From a virus (lineage: Duplodnaviria > Heunggongvirae > Uroviricota > Caudoviricetes), in the IMG/VR virus record IMGVR_UViG_2711768011_000016: a DNA stretch of 45,693 nucleotides; one strand, given 5' to 3'. Under the pieces are notes generated by a model. That model did no database searches and had not been told where the DNA came from. It was given only the letters and a program-made list of their open reading frames with translations. The first letter of the stretch is position 1; every line of letters begins with the position of its first letter. The position numbers were made by a program, and so were the translations under genes. This document shows, in pieces, positions 26,592 through 39,100 of this stretch.

Positions 26592-29500
26592 TTTGGGGAT
26601 TGATGCGGCAGAGTTTAAAAATGAAATTCCCCGTATCAAAAACCTTCTGAATGGTGCAGCCAGCGATGCAGAACGGTCTTCTGCCCGTATGCAGCGTTTT
26701 ATGGAGCGTCAGACTCAGGCCGCCCGGCAGACAACGCAGGCGGCTTCTTCGGCTGCAACAGCCGCATCCGTCCATGCGCAGACGGTGGAGAAGAACGCAC
26801 AGGCTCATGAACGCATGTCCCGCGAGGTGGAGAAAACCCGCCAGCGCATGGAGGCACTGAGCCAGAAAATGCGCGAGGAACAGGCGCAGGCCATGGCTCT
26901 GGCGGAGGCTCAGGATAAAGCGGCTGCTGCGTTTTATCGTCAGATTGACAGTGTGAAACAGGCCAGTGCGGGGCTGCAGGAATTACAGCGTATTCAGCAG
27001 CAGATCCGACAGGCCAGAAACAGTGGCGGGATTGGTCAGCAGGATTATCTGGCGCTGATTTCTGAGGTTACGGCGAAAACCCGTGTTCTTACACAGGCTG
27101 AGGAAGAGGCTACCCGACAGAAAGTGGCGTTTATCCGTCAGCTTAAAGAGCAGGCAACCCGCCAGAATCTTTCATCTTCTGAGTTGCTTCGTGCTAAGGC
27201 TGCCCAGCTGGGGGTAAGCAGTGCTGCAGAAGTGTATATCCGCAAAATGGAGCAGGCAGGAAAAGCCACGCATTCGCTGGGTCTGAAAAGTGCAGCAGCC
27301 CGCCAGGAGATAGGCGTTCTGATAGGTGAACTGGCCCGCGGCAATTTAGGGGCGCTGAGGGGGTCCGGAATAACGCTGGCTAACCGTGCCGGATGGATAG
27401 ACACACTGATGTCACCGAAAGGCATGATGCTGGGCGGGGTTATTGGCGGTATTGCCGCGGCTGTCTATGGTCTGGGTAAAGCCTGGTATGACGGTCAGAA
27501 GGAGGGGGAAGAATTTAACCGCCAGTTGTCGCTGACGGGGCATTATGCCGGAGTCACTGCCGGGCAGCTGTGGACGCTCAGTCGTGCTATTTCCGGGAAT
27601 GGTATTACGCAACATGCTGCAGCCGGTGCGCTGGCTCAGGTGGTGGGGAGTGGTGCATTTCGTGGAAACGATATCGGTATGGTGGCGAGAGCTGCCGCAC
27701 AGATGGAGCGATCGGTTGGCCAGTCGGTCAGCGATACCATAAATCAGTTTAAGCGGCTGAAGGATGATCCTGTAAATGCCGCGAAGGCTCTGGACAATGA
27801 GCTGCATTTTCTTACTGCCACTCAGCTTGAGCAGATACGCGTCCTTGGGGAACAGGGGCGGTCCAGTGATGCGGCACGGATAGCCATGTCTGCACTGGCA
27901 GAGGAAACCGGTCGGCGTACTGCGGATATTGATAATAACCTCAATGCGCTGGGCAGTACGCTGAAGTATCTGTCTGATTTATGGAGTCGTTTCTGGGATG
28001 CGGCCATGAATATTGGTCGTGAAGACTCGCTGGATGAACAGATTTCCGCTTTACAGGAGAAAGTGTCGCGGGCGAAAAGACTCCCCTGGACGGCATCATC
28101 TTCTCAGGTTGAGTACGATCAGCAGCGTCTTAACGAGCTTCAGGAGAAAAAACGCCAGAAGGATTTGCAGGATGCAAAAGAGCAGGCAGAGCGGAATTAT
28201 CAGGAGCAACAGAAACGCCGTAATGCTGAAAATGCTGCACTGAACCGGATGAATGAAACGGAAGCAGCACGACATCAGCGTGAAATTGCGCGTATTAATT
28301 CCATGCAGTACGCCGATCAGGCTGTCAGGGATGCGGCGATACAACGTGAAAATGAACGTTACGAGAAAGCCCTGGCATCCGGTAAGAAAAAAACACGCGA
28401 ACCCCGTAATGATGAGGCCACCCGGTTATTGCTGCAGTACAGTCAGCAACAGGCACAGGTGGAAGGACAGATTGCTGCTGCCAGACAGTCAGCAGGCATT
28501 GCCACGGAAAGGATGACAGAAGCGCATAAACAGCTTCTGGCTCTGCAGCAGCGCATCAGCGACCTGGACGGGAAAAAACTGACGGCAGATGAAAAGAGTG
28601 TGCTGGCCCGTAAAGATGAACTGATTCAGGCACTGACGCTGCTGGATGTAAAACAGCAGGAGCTTCAGAAACAGACGGCACTCAACGAGCTGAAGAAAAA
28701 AACAATTCAGCTGACCAGTCAACTGGCTGAAGAAGAGCGCGCTCAGCGTCAGCAACATGACCTGGATATCGCCACGGTGGGTATGGGTGATCAGCAGCGG
28801 CAGCGATATCAGGTACAACTGAGTCTTCGCCAGAAATACCAGCAACAGCTGGAGCAGTTGAGGCGGGATAGTGAGCAGAAAGGAACATATAACACGGATG
28901 ACTACAGAAAGGCCGAGCAGGCGCTGACGGAGAGCCTGAACCGACAACTGAATGAGAATCGCCGTTACTGGCAACAGCTTGAAGTTGTGCAGGGTAACTG
29001 GAAAAACGGAGTCCTGCGTGCATTTCAGGATTTTACCGTGGATGCAGATAATACGGCAGGAACAGCAGAACAGGTGTTCTCGTCAGCCTTCAGCAACATG
29101 GGAAATGGCCTGGCAACTTTTGTCACTACCGGCAAACTCAATTTCAAATCCTTCACCTCTTCTGTGCTGTCAGATATGGCGAAAATCCTGGCGCAGGCAA
29201 CCATGATGAAATCGATAAAAGGGATTGGCAGTGTACTGGGATTTGATCTCAGCAGCCTTTCCCTGAATGCCAATGGGGGGATTTATCAGTCTGCTGATTT
29301 GAGTCGTTACAGTGGCACGGTGGTTAACCGTCCGACGTTTTTTGCTTTTGCAAAAGGCGCGGGTGTGATGGGGGAAGCGGGACCTGAAGCCATTCTGCCA
29401 CTGCGTCGTGGTGCTGACGGTAAGCTGGGGGTTGTGGCGGATATTGGTGGTTCAGGTATGGCGATGTTTGCCCCGCAGTACAACATCGAGATCAATAACG

Positions 29501-29628
29501 ATGGCACGAACGGGCAGATAGGTCCGGCTGCCCTGAAGGTGGTTTATGACCTTGGGAAAAAAGCGGCAGCGGACTTTATGCAACAGCAGGCCCGTGATGG
29601 TGGTCGGTTAAGTGGAGCATATCGGTAA
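26563..29628 (+). CDS. H: tail tape measure protein (gpH-like)
   Basis: About 1020 aa, coiled-coil-rich, GGAGG RBS; followed by M, L, K, I. Confidence 0.85.
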   Translation: MDQIANLVIDLGIDAAEFKNEIPRIKNLLNGAASDAERSSARMQRFMERQTQAARQTTQAASSAATAASVHAQTVEKNAQAHERMSREVEKTRQRMEALSQKMREEQAQAMALAEAQDKAAAAFYRQIDSVKQASAGLQELQRIQQQIRQARNSGGIGQQDYLALISEVTAKTRVLTQAEEEATRQKVAFIRQLKEQATRQNLSSSELLRAKAAQLGVSSAAEVYIRKMEQAGKATHSLGLKSAAARQEIGVLIGELARGNLGALRGSGITLANRAGWIDTLMSPKGMMLGGVIGGIAAAVYGLGKAWYDGQKEGEEFNRQLSLTGHYAGVTAGQLWTLSRAISGNGITQHAAAGALAQVVGSGAFRGNDIGMVARAAAQMERSVGQSVSDTINQFKRLKDDPVNAAKALDNELHFLTATQLEQIRVLGEQGRSSDAARIAMSALAEETGRRTADIDNNLNALGSTLKYLSDLWSRFWDAAMNIGREDSLDEQISALQEKVSRAKRLPWTASSSQVEYDQQRLNELQEKKRQKDLQDAKEQAERNYQEQQKRRNAENAALNRMNETEAARHQREIARINSMQYADQAVRDAAIQRENERYEKALASGKKKTREPRNDEATRLLLQYSQQQAQVEGQIAAARQSAGIATERMTEAHKQLLALQQRISDLDGKKLTADEKSVLARKDELIQALTLLDVKQQELQKQTALNELKKKTIQLTSQLAEEERAQRQQHDLDIATVGMGDQQRQRYQVQLSLRQKYQQQLEQLRRDSEQKGTYNTDDYRKAEQALTESLNRQLNENRRYWQQLEVVQGNWKNGVLRAFQDFTVDADNTAGTAEQVFSSAFSNMGNGLATFVTTGKLNFKSFTSSVLSDMAKILAQATMMKSIKGIGSVLGFDLSSLSLNANGGIYQSADLSRYSGTVVNRPTFFAFAKGAGVMGEAGPEAILPLRRGADGKLGVVADIGGSGMAMFAPQYNIEINNDGTNGQIGPAALKVVYDLGKKAAADFMQQQARDGGRLSGAYR

Positions 29629-29957
29629 TGGAGACGTTTCACTGGAAAGTGCGCCCGGATATGAATGTGGTATCAGAGCCGAAAGTGGTGACAGTGAAGC
29701 TGGGCGATGGTTATGAACAGCGTCGTGCGGCGGGACTGAATAACCAGTTGTCGACTTACAGCGTGACGATACGTGTTCGTAAATGTGAACACCCATCTTT
29801 AAAAGCCTTTCTGGAACGGCACGGTGGCGTCCGCGCATTTCAGTGGACGCCACCTTATGACTGGAAGCCGATCAGGGTGGTTTGTCGTAAATGGTCGGCA
29901 AGCGTGGGGGCGTTGTGGGTAACCATAACGGCAGATTTTGAACAGGTCGTGGCATAG
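29628..29957 (+). CDS. M: minor tail protein M
   Basis: 109 aa, the same length as lambda M; start overlaps the H stop (TAATG). Confidence 0.85.
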   Translation: METFHWKVRPDMNVVSEPKVVTVKLGDGYEQRRAAGLNNQLSTYSVTIRVRKCEHPSLKAFLERHGGVRAFQWTPPYDWKPIRVVCRKWSASVGALWVTITADFEQVVA

Positions 29958-29966
29958 GAGTCTCTG

Positions 29967-30665
29967 ATGCAGGATATTCCACAGGAAACACATCATGAGA
30001 CGACACGCCTCACTCAGTCAGCCCAGGTGGTGCTCTGGGAAATCGATCTGACAGAGGTCGGTGGAGAACGTTATTTTTTCTGTAATGAGCAGAACGAAAA
30101 AGGTGAGCCGGTCACCTGGCAGGGGCGACAGTATCAGGCGTATCCCATTCAGGGGACGGGATTTGAACTGAACGGCAAGGGCAGTGCTGCCCGTCCGACA
30201 CTGACGGTTTCTAACCTGCACGGCATGGTCACCGGGATGGCGGAAGATCTGCAGAGTCTGGTCGGCGGAACGGTGGTCCGGCGTAAGGTTTACGCCCGTT
30301 TTCTGGATGCGGTGAACTTCGTCAACGGAAACAGTGACGCCGATCCGGAGCAGGAGGTGATCAGCCGCTGGCGCATCGAGCAGTGCAGCGAACTGAGCGC
30401 GGTGAGTGCCTCTTTTGTACTGTCCACGCCGACGGAAACGGACGGTGCCGTTTTTCCGGGACGTATCATGCTGGCCAACACCTGCACCTGGACCTATCGC
30501 GGCGATGAGTGCGGTTATCACGGTCCGGCGGTCGCGGATGAATATGATCAGCCGACGTCCGATATCACGAAGGATAAATGCAGCAAATGCCTGAGCGGCT
30601 GTAAGTTTCGCAATAACGTCGGCAACTTTGGCGGCTTCCTTTCCATTAACAAACTTTCGCAGTAA
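29967..30665 (+). CDS. L: minor tail protein L
   Basis: 232 aa with the C-terminal Cys cluster (DKCSKCLSGCKF) typical of lambda L. Confidence 0.85.
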   Translation: MQDIPQETHHETTRLTQSAQVVLWEIDLTEVGGERYFFCNEQNEKGEPVTWQGRQYQAYPIQGTGFELNGKGSAARPTLTVSNLHGMVTGMAEDLQSLVGGTVVRRKVYARFLDAVNFVNGNSDADPEQEVISRWRIEQCSELSAVSASFVLSTPTETDGAVFPGRIMLANTCTWTYRGDECGYHGPAVADEYDQPTSDITKDKCSKCLSGCKFRNNVGNFGGFLSINKLSQ

Positions 30666-30670
30666 ATCCC

Positions 30671-31414
30671 ATGACAGAGACAGAATCAGCGATTCTGGCG
30701 CACGCCCGGCGATGTGCGCCAGCGGAGTCGTGCGGCTTCGTGGTGAGAACACCGGAGGGGGAAAGATATTTTCCCTGCGTGAATATCTCCGGTGAGCCGG
30801 AGGAGTATTTCCGGATGTCGCCGGAGGACTGGCTGCGGGCAGAGATGCAGGGTGAGATTGTGGCGCTGGTCCACAGCCACCCCGGTGGTCTGCCCTGGCT
30901 GAGTGAGGCCGACCGGCGGCTGCAGGTGCAGAGTGATTTGCCGTGGTGGCTGGTCTGCCGGGGGGCGATTCACAAGTTCCGCTGTGTGCCACATCTTACC
31001 GGGCGGCGCTTTGAGCACGGGGTGACGGACTGTTACACGCTGTTCCGGGATGCTTACCATCTGGCGGGGATTGAGATGCCGGATTTTCATCGCGGGGATG
31101 ACTGGTGGCGTCACGGTCAGAATCTCTATCTGGATAATCTGGAGGCTACAGGGCTGTATCAGGTGCCGTTGTCAGCGGCGCAGCCGGGCGATGTGCTGCT
31201 GTGCTGTTTTGGTTCATCGGTGCCGAATCATGCCGCCATTTACTGTGGTGACGGCGAGCTGCTGCACCATATTCCTGAACAACTGAGCAAACGAGAGAGG
31301 TATACCGACAAATGGCAGCGACGCACACACTCCCTCTGGCGTCACCGGGCATGGCACGCATCTGCCTTTACGGGGATTTACAACGATTTGGCCGCCGCAT
31401 CGACCTTCGAGTGA
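30671..31414 (+). CDS. K: tail assembly protein K (JAB/MPN plus NlpC/P60-like)
   Basis: 247 aa; HSHP motif (LVHSHPGG) of the JAB domain. Confidence 0.85.
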   Translation: MTETESAILAHARRCAPAESCGFVVRTPEGERYFPCVNISGEPEEYFRMSPEDWLRAEMQGEIVALVHSHPGGLPWLSEADRRLQVQSDLPWWLVCRGAIHKFRCVPHLTGRRFEHGVTDCYTLFRDAYHLAGIEMPDFHRGDDWWRHGQNLYLDNLEATGLYQVPLSAAQPGDVLLCCFGSSVPNHAAIYCGDGELLHHIPEQLSKRERYTDKWQRRTHSLWRHRAWHASAFTGIYNDLAAASTFE

Positions 31415-31959
31415 AAACGGGGTCCGAAGCCATCCGGGCGCTGGCCATGCAGATCCCGGCGTTTCGTCAGAAACTGAATGAGGGCTGGTATCAGGTGCGC
31501 ATTGCCGGGCGTGATGCAGGCGAAAATGAATTATCTGCCCGTCTTAATGAGCCGCTGGCAAATGGTGCCGTGATCCACATCGTGCCGCGTCTGGCGGGAG
31601 CTAAAAGTGGCGGTGTGTTTCAGGTGGTGCTTGGGGCGGCGCTGATTGCGGTGGCATGGTGGAACCCTGTGGGCTGGCTGGGGGCCGCGGCTGTATCGGG
31701 CATGTATGCGGCAGGGGCCAGTATGATCCTGGGCGGAGTGGCGCAGATGCTGGCACCGAAAGCCAGGACGCCCACGGCAGCCAGTACAGATAACGGCAAA
31801 CAGAACACCTATTTCTCCTCACTGGATAACATGGTTGCCCAGGGCAATGTTCTGCCTGTTCTGTACGGTGAAATGCGTGTGGGGTCACGGGTGGTTTCTC
31901 AGGAGATCAGCACGGCAGACGAAGGGGATGGTGGTCAGGTTGTGGTGATTGGTCGCTGA
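31312..31959 (+). CDS. I: tail assembly protein I
   Basis: Near-identical to lambda gpI as I recall it (MAATHTLPLASPGMARICLYGDLQRFGRRIDLRV ...); overlaps K. Confidence 0.85.
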   Translation: MAATHTLPLASPGMARICLYGDLQRFGRRIDLRVKTGSEAIRALAMQIPAFRQKLNEGWYQVRIAGRDAGENELSARLNEPLANGAVIHIVPRLAGAKSGGVFQVVLGAALIAVAWWNPVGWLGAAAVSGMYAAGASMILGGVAQMLAPKARTPTAASTDNGKQNTYFSSLDNMVAQGNVLPVLYGEMRVGSRVVSQEISTADEGDGGQVVVIGR

Positions 31960-32019
31960 TGCAAAATGTTTTATGTGAAACCGCCTCCGGGCGGTTTTGT
32001 CGTTTATGGAGCGTGAGGA

Positions 32020-35000
32020 ATGGGTAAAGGCAGCAGTAAGGGGCATACCCCGCGCGAAGCGAAAGATAACCTGAAATCCACGCAGTTACTGAGTGTGATT
32101 GATGCCATCAGCGAAGGGCCGGTTGAAGGTCCGGTGGATGGATTAAAAAGCGTGCTGCTGAACAGTACGCCGGTGCTGGACAGTGAGGGGAATACCAACA
32201 TCTCTGGTGTCACGGTGGTGTTCCGGGCAGGTGAGCAGGAACAGACACCGCCGGAGGGATTTGAATCATCAGGTTCCGAGACGGTACTGGGTACGGAAGT
32301 GAAATACGACACGCCGATCACCCGGACCATCACGTCGGCAAACATTGACCGTCTGCGCTTTACCTTCGGTGTGCAGGCACTGGTGGAAACCACCTCAAAG
32401 GGGGACAGGAATCCGTCGGAAGTCCGCCTGCTGGTTCAGATACAACGTAATGGTGGCTGGGTGACGGAAAAAGACATCACCATTAAGGGCAAAACCACCT
32501 CGCAGTATCTGGCCTCGGTGGTGGTGGGTAACCTGCCGCCGCGCCCGTTCAATATACGGATGCGCAGGATGACGCCGGACAGCACCACAGACCAGCTGCA
32601 GAACAAAACGCTCTGGTCGTCATACACCGAAATCATCGATGTGAAACAGTGCTACCCGAACACGGCACTGGTCGGCGTGCAGGTGGATTCGGAGCAGTTC
32701 GGCAGCCAGCAGGTGAGCCGTAATTATCATCTGCGCGGGCGCATTCTGCAGGTGCCGTCGAGCTATAACCCGCAGACGCGGCAATACAGCGGTATCTGGG
32801 ACGGAACGTTTAAGCCAGCATACAGCAACAACATGGCCTGGTGTCTGTGGGATATGCTGACCCATCCGCGCTACGGCATGGGGAAACGTCTTGGTGCGGC
32901 GGATGTGGACAAATGGGCGCTGTATGTCATCGGCCAGCATTGCGATCAGTCGGTGCCGGACGGTTTTGGCGGCACGGAGCCGCGCATCACCTGTAATGCG
33001 TACCTGACCACACAGCGCAAGGCGTGGGATGTGCTCAGTGATTTCTGCTCGGCGATGCGCTGTATGCCGGTATGGAACGGGCAGACGCTGACGTTCGTGC
33101 AGGACCGACCATCAGATAAGGTGTGGACCTATAACCGCAGTAATGTGGTGATGCCGGATGATGGTGCGCCGTTCCGCTACAGCTTCAGCGCCCTGAAGGA
33201 CCGCCATAATGCCGTTGAGGTGAACTGGATTGACCCGAATAACGGCTGGGAGACGGCGACAGAGCTTGTGGAGGACACGCAGGCCATTGCCCGTTACGGT
33301 CGTAACGTCACGAAGATGGATGCTTTTGGCTGTACCAGCCGGGGGCAGGCACACCGCGCCGGGCTGTGGCTGATTAAAACAGAACTGCTGGAAACGCAGA
33401 CCGTGGACTTCAGCGTGGGTGCCGAAGGGCTTCGCCATGTACCGGGCGATGTCATTGAAATCTGCGATGATGACTATGCCGGTATCCGCACCGGCGGGCG
33501 CGTGCTGGCGGTAAACAGCCAGACCCGGACGCTGACGCTCGACCGTGAAATCACGCTGCCATCTTCCGGCACCACGCTGATAAGCCTGGTTGACGGGCAG
33601 GGGAGTCCGGTCAGCGTGGAGGTTCAGTCCGTCACCGACGGCGTGAAGGTGAAAGTGAGCCGTGTTCCTGACGGCGTTGCTGAATACAGCGTATGGGGGC
33701 TGAAGCTGCCGACGCTGCGCCAGCGCCTGTTCCGCTGCGTGAGTATCCGTGAGAACGACGACGGCACGTATGCCATCACTGCCGTGCAGCATGTACCGGA
33801 AAAAGAGGCCATCGTGGATAACGGGGCGCACTTTGACGGCGACCAGAGCGGCACGGTAAATGGTGTCACGCCGCCAGCGGTGCAGCACCTGACCGCAGAA
33901 GTCACCGCAGACAGCGGGGAATACCAGGTGCTGGCCCGCTGGGACACGCCGAAGGTGGTGAAGGGCGTGAGCTTCCTGCTTCGCCTGACCGTGGCAGCGG
34001 ATGACGGCCGTGAGCGGCTGGTCAGCACGGCCCGGACGACGGAAACCACTTACCGCTTCACACAACTGGCGCTGGGGAACTACAGGCTGACAGTCCGGGC
34101 AGTAAATGCGTGGGGGCAGCAGGGCGATCCGGCGTCGGTATCGTTCCGGATTGCCGCACCGGCAGCGCCGTCGCGGATTGAGCTGACGCCGGGCTATTTT
34201 CAGATAACCGCCACGCCGCATCTTGCGGTTTATGACCCGACGGTACAGTTTGAGTTCTGGTTCTCGGAAAAACGGATTGCGGATATCAGGCAGGTTGAAA
34301 CCACAGCCCGCTACCTTGGCACGGGGCTGTACTGGATAGCCGCCAGTATCAATATTAAGCCGGGCCATGATTATTACTTTTATATCCGCAGTGTGAACAC
34401 CGTCGGCAAATCAGCATTCGTGGAGGCTGTCGGTCGGGCGAGCGATGATGCGGAAGGTTACCTGGATTTTTTCAAAGGCCAGATAACCGAATCCCATCTC
34501 GGCCAGGAGCTGCTGGAAAAAGTCGACCTGACGGAGGATAACGCCAGCAGACTGGAGGAGTTTTCGAAAGAGTGGAAGGACGCCAACGATAAGTGGAATG
34601 CCATGTGGGGCGTCAAAATTGAGCAGACCAAAGACGGCAAACATTATGTCGCGGGTATTGGCCTCAGCATGGAGGACACGGAGGAAGGCAAACTGAGCCA
34701 GTTTCTGGTTGCCGCTAACCGTATCGCGTTTATTGACCCGGCAAACGGGAATGAAACGCCGATGTTTGTGGCGCAGGGCAACCAGATATTCATGAATGAC
34801 GTGTTCCTGAAACGCCTGACGGCTCCCACCATTACCAGCGGTGGAAATCCGCCGGCATTTTCCCTGACACCAGACGGAAAGCTGACCGCTAAAAATGCGG
34901 ATATCAGCGGTAATGTGAATGCAAATTCAGGGACGCTCAACAATGTCACGATTAACCAGAACTGTACGATTAAGGGCATGCTGGAGGCGACCCAGGTCAG

Positions 35001-35433
35001 AGGAGATTTCGTTAAAGCTGTATCAAAAGCCTTCCCGAAAAAAGTCGGTACGTGGGGTAACACGGAAACACCAAACGGTACGGTTACAGTCACCATCAGC
35101 GATGATCATAACTTTGACCGCCAGATTATTATTCCGCCCATTATTTTTAACGGTATAGCGTATGACGATCCGGGGAGCGGAAATAACCCGGGAGGCACGC
35201 GATACACGGGTTATGGTTTTGAAGTTCGCAAAAACGGCGTATTAATCGCATCCAGAGAAACTAAAGGGGCCATTCCCGGTAGTTACAGTGCAGTTATTGA
35301 TATGCCGAGTGGCAGGGGAAGCGTCACTCTGGAGTTTAAGATTTTCCAGAAAGGCAATCAGGGGGCAGGCAATATCACCGACTGTACGGTGATTGTGACC
35401 AAAAAAGCCGCTTCCGGCATCAGTATTCGTTGA
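32020..35433 (+). CDS. J: host specificity (central tail fibre) protein J
   Basis: 1137 aa, lambda J-like length and position. Confidence 0.9.
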   Translation: MGKGSSKGHTPREAKDNLKSTQLLSVIDAISEGPVEGPVDGLKSVLLNSTPVLDSEGNTNISGVTVVFRAGEQEQTPPEGFESSGSETVLGTEVKYDTPITRTITSANIDRLRFTFGVQALVETTSKGDRNPSEVRLLVQIQRNGGWVTEKDITIKGKTTSQYLASVVVGNLPPRPFNIRMRRMTPDSTTDQLQNKTLWSSYTEIIDVKQCYPNTALVGVQVDSEQFGSQQVSRNYHLRGRILQVPSSYNPQTRQYSGIWDGTFKPAYSNNMAWCLWDMLTHPRYGMGKRLGAADVDKWALYVIGQHCDQSVPDGFGGTEPRITCNAYLTTQRKAWDVLSDFCSAMRCMPVWNGQTLTFVQDRPSDKVWTYNRSNVVMPDDGAPFRYSFSALKDRHNAVEVNWIDPNNGWETATELVEDTQAIARYGRNVTKMDAFGCTSRGQAHRAGLWLIKTELLETQTVDFSVGAEGLRHVPGDVIEICDDDYAGIRTGGRVLAVNSQTRTLTLDREITLPSSGTTLISLVDGQGSPVSVEVQSVTDGVKVKVSRVPDGVAEYSVWGLKLPTLRQRLFRCVSIRENDDGTYAITAVQHVPEKEAIVDNGAHFDGDQSGTVNGVTPPAVQHLTAEVTADSGEYQVLARWDTPKVVKGVSFLLRLTVAADDGRERLVSTARTTETTYRFTQLALGNYRLTVRAVNAWGQQGDPASVSFRIAAPAAPSRIELTPGYFQITATPHLAVYDPTVQFEFWFSEKRIADIRQVETTARYLGTGLYWIAASINIKPGHDYYFYIRSVNTVGKSAFVEAVGRASDDAEGYLDFFKGQITESHLGQELLEKVDLTEDNASRLEEFSKEWKDANDKWNAMWGVKIEQTKDGKHYVAGIGLSMEDTEEGKLSQFLVAANRIAFIDPANGNETPMFVAQGNQIFMNDVFLKRLTAPTITSGGNPPAFSLTPDGKLTAKNADISGNVNANSGTLNNVTINQNCTIKGMLEATQVRGDFVKAVSKAFPKKVGTWGNTETPNGTVTVTISDDHNFDRQIIIPPIIFNGIAYDDPGSGNNPGGTRYTGYGFEVRKNGVLIASRETKGAIPGSYSAVIDMPSGRGSVTLEFKIFQKGNQGAGNITDCTVIVTKKAASGISIR

Positions 35434-35455
35434 AATATTTATAACCCCAATAAAG

Positions 35456-35480
35456 GGCGTCAGGAATGACGCCTTTTTTA
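35456..35480 (+). terminator. rho-independent terminator after J
   Basis: ggcgtca-ggaa-tgacgcc followed by TTTTTT. Confidence 0.6.
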
Positions 35481-35503
35481 TTGCAGAAAAGCGAGAGGTA
35501 ATT

Positions 35504-36103
35504 ATGCGTAAAGTTTGTGCAGCAATTTTGTCCGCAGCCATTTGTCTGGCCGTATCCGGTGCGCCTGCATGGGCGTCTGAACATCAGTCCACGCTGAGCG
35601 CGGGGTATCTTCATGCCTCGACGAACGTCCCCGGCAGTGATGATCTGAACGGGATTAACGTGAAATACCGTTATGAGTTTACGGACACACTGGGGCTGGT
35701 GACGTCATTCAGCTATGCAGGAGACAAGAATCGCCAGCTGACCCGTTACAGCGATACCCGCTGGCATGAAGATTCCGTTCGTAACCGCTGGTTCAGCGTA
35801 ATGGCGGGGCCGTCTGTGCGCGTGAATGAATGGTTCAGCGCGTATGCGATGGCGGGTGTGGCTTACAGCCGTGTGTCGACTTTCTCCGGGGATTATCTTC
35901 GCGTAACTGACAACAAGGGGAAAACGCACGATGTGCTGACCGGAAGTGATGACGGTCGCCACAGCAACACGTCTCTGGCGTGGGGAGCTGGCGTGCAGTT
36001 TAACCCGACCGAATCCGTGGCCATTGATATTGCTTATGAAGGCTCCGGCAGTGGCGACTGGCGCACTGACGGTTTCATCGTGGGTGTCGGTTATAAATTC
36101 TGA
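35504..36103 (+). CDS. lom: Lom outer-membrane protein (Ail/Lom family)
   Basis: Signal peptide, beta-barrel-like alternation, C-terminal GYKF; lambda lom position. Confidence 0.85.
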   Translation: MRKVCAAILSAAICLAVSGAPAWASEHQSTLSAGYLHASTNVPGSDDLNGINVKYRYEFTDTLGLVTSFSYAGDKNRQLTRYSDTRWHEDSVRNRWFSVMAGPSVRVNEWFSAYAMAGVAYSRVSTFSGDYLRVTDNKGKTHDVLTGSDDGRHSNTSLAWGAGVQFNPTESVAIDIAYEGSGSGDWRTDGFIVGVGYKF

Positions 36104-36130
36104 TTAGCCAGGTAACACAGTGTTATGACA

Positions 36131-36156
36131 GCCCGCCGGTTCAGGCGGGCTTTTTT
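36131..36156 (+). terminator. rho-independent terminator after lom
   Basis: gcccgcc-ggttca-ggcgggc followed by TTTTTT. Confidence 0.65.
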
Positions 36157-36167
36157 GTGGGGTGAAT

Positions 36168-39100
36168 ATGGCAGTAAAGATTTCAGGTGTACTGAAAGAC
36201 GGCACAGGAAAACCGGTACAGAACTGCACAATCCAGCTGAAAGCAAAACGTAACAGCACCACGGTGGTGGTGAACACGCTGGCCTCAGAAAATCCGGATG
36301 AAGCCGGGCGTTACAGCATGGACGTTGAGTACGGTCAGTACAGCGTTATTCTGTTGGTGGAAGGATTCCCGCCGTCACATGCCGGGACCATCACCGTGTA
36401 TGAAGATTCCCGACCCGGTACGCTGAATGATTTTCTCGGTGCCATGACGGAGGATGATGCCCGTCCTGAGGCACTGCGCCGCTTTGAACTGATGGTGGAA
36501 GAGGTGGCGCGTAACGCGTCCGCGGTGGCACAGAACACGGCAGCCGCGAAGAAATCAGCCAGCGATGCCAGCACATCAGCCCGTGAGGCGGCAACCCGTG
36601 CGACTGATGCTGCAGGCTCAGCACGAGCAGCCAGCACGTCAGCCGGACAGGCCGCTTCGTCGGCTCAGTCTGCGTCTTCCAGCGCAGGAACGGCATCAGC
36701 AAAGGCCACTGAAGCATCAAAAAGTGCTGCCGCTGCAGAGTCCTCAAAAAGCGCGGCGGCCACCAGTGCCGGTGCGGCGAAAACGTCAGAAACGAATGCG
36801 GCAGCGTCACAACAATCAGCTGCCACTTCTGCATCCACCGCGACCACGAAAGCGTCAGAAGCAGCCACCTCAGCCAGAGATGCGTCGGCTTCAAAAGAGG
36901 CGGCAAAATTATCAGAAACGAGCGCAGCTTCGAGCGCCAGTAATGCCGCTTCCTCGGCAACGGCGGCAGGAAATTCCGCGAAGGCGGCAAAGACGTCTGA
37001 GACAAACGCTAAGTCCTCTGAAACGGCAGCAGCACAGAGTGCCTCCGCAGCAGCAGGCTCAAAAACAGCGGCTGCGTCGTCTGCCAGTGCAGCGTCAACA
37101 AGTGCCGGGCAGGCCTCAGCCAGTGCTAGCGCCGCCGGAAAATCGGCAGAAAGCGCCGCATCGTCCGCTTCAACAGCCACAACGAAGGCTGGCGAAGCCA
37201 CTGAACAGGCCAGTGCAGCAGCGAGGTCTGCTTCCGCAGCGAAGACATCGGAGACGAACGCGAAAGCGTCGGAGACCAGCGCAGAATCCTCAAAAACGGC
37301 TGCCGCATCGTCCGCCAGTTCGGCGGCGTCATCGGCATCATCGGCGTCTGCTTCAAAAGATGAGGCGACCAGACAAGCGTCCGCAGCGAAGGGCAGCGCC
37401 ACGACAGCATCCACGAAGGCGACAGAGGCTGCTGGCAGTGCGACGGCGGCAGCACAGAGCAAAAGTACGGCGGAATCCGCGGCAACGCGCGCCGAGACAG
37501 CGGCAAAACGTGCAGAGGATATTGCATCCGCCGTGGCGCTTGAGGATGCGAGCACGACGAAAAAGGGGATAGTACAGCTCAGTAGTGCGACTAATAGCAC
37601 GTCTGAAACGCTGGCGGCAACGCCAAAGGCAGTAAAAGCAGCCAATGACAATGCTGAGAAACGTCTGCAGAAAGACCAGAACGGCGCTGATATACCCGAT
37701 AAGGGACGCTTCCTGAACAACATTAACGCGGTCAGTAAAACAGACTTTGCTGATAAGCGTGGTATGCGTTATGTGCGGGTTAACGCTCCTGCAGGTGCAA
37801 CATCTGGAAAATATTACCCTGTTGTTGTTATGCGTTCTGCTGGCTCAGTAAGCGAACTGGCATCAAGGGTCATTATCACCACGGCAACGCGAATCGCAGG
37901 CGATCCGATGAATAACTGCGAGTTTAACGGATTTGTTATGCCTGGTGGCTGGACTGACAGGGGGCGTTATGCTTATGGAATGTTCTGGCAATATCAAAAC
38001 AATGAACGAGCCATCCACTCAATAATGATGAGTAATAAGGGCGATGATTTGCGCTCTGTGTTCTATGTTGATGGCGCTGCTTTCCCTGTTTTTGCGTTTC
38101 TCGAAGATGGCCTGTCAATATCCGCACCTGGTGCTGATCTCGTTGTTAATGATACGACCTATAAGTTTGGGGCAACAAATCCGGCGACTGAATGTATCGC
38201 GGCGGACGTTATCCTTGATTTTAAGAGTGGGCGTGGTTTTTATGAGTCTCATTCGTTAATCGTTAACGATAACTTGTCGTGCAAAAAACTTTTTGCCACA
38301 GACGAAATTGTAGCGCGTGGTGGTAATCAGATTCGAATGATAGGTGGGGAGTATGGTGCATTATGGCGTAATGATGGCGCTAAAACTTACCTGCTGCTTA
38401 CCAATCAAGGTGATGTTTATGGTGGCTGGAATACATTAAGACCGTTTGTTATTGATAACGCAACCGGCGAACTGGTTATTGGAACCAAACTGTCTGCAAG
38501 TCTGAACGGTAACGCATTGACAGCAACAAAGCTGCAAACGCCAAGACTGGTTTCTGGTGTTGAGTTTGATGGTTCCAAAGATATTACTTTAACCGCCGCG
38601 CATGTGGCTGCTTTTGCCAGAAGGGCAACGGATACATATGCCGATGCGGATGGTGGCGTTCCATGGAATGCCGAATCAGGCGCTTACAATGTCACCCGCT
38701 CTGGCAACAGCTATATTCTGGTTAACTTCTATACCGGAGTCGGAAGTTGCCGGACCTTGCAGATGAAGGCGCATTACAGAAATGGTGGTCTGTTCTACCG
38801 TTCTTCAAGAGACGGTTATGGTTTTGAGGAAGACTGGGCAGAAGTTTATACCTCGAAAAATCTTCCACCAGAAAGCTACCCAGTCGGTGCACCAATCCCG
38901 TGGCCATCAGATACCGTTCCGTCTGGTTATGCCCTGATGCAGGGACAGACTTTTGACAAATCTGCTTACCCGAAACTTGCAGCCGTTTATCCGTCAGGTG
39001 TGATCCCTGATATGCGTGGCTGGACGATTAAGGGCAAACCTGCCAGTGGTCGGGCCGTATTGTCTCAGGAACAGGACGGCATTAAATCGCATACCCACAG

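Noticed and set aside
30018-30992. 324-aa minus-strand ORF antisense to tail genes L and K
   Set aside because: Pro/Ala/Arg-rich translation with no start context, inside well-supported lambda-like L and K coding sequence.
33112-34368. 418-aa minus-strand ORF antisense to J
   Set aside because: Arg-rich, low-complexity translation fully embedded in the J coding region.
36335-37723. Several long ORFs in other frames and on the opposite strand across the stf repeat region (up to 352 aa)
   Set aside because: They lie entirely within the Ala/Ser-rich repeat part of stf, where the GC-rich repetitive DNA keeps most frames open; translations are low-complexity and have no RBS context.
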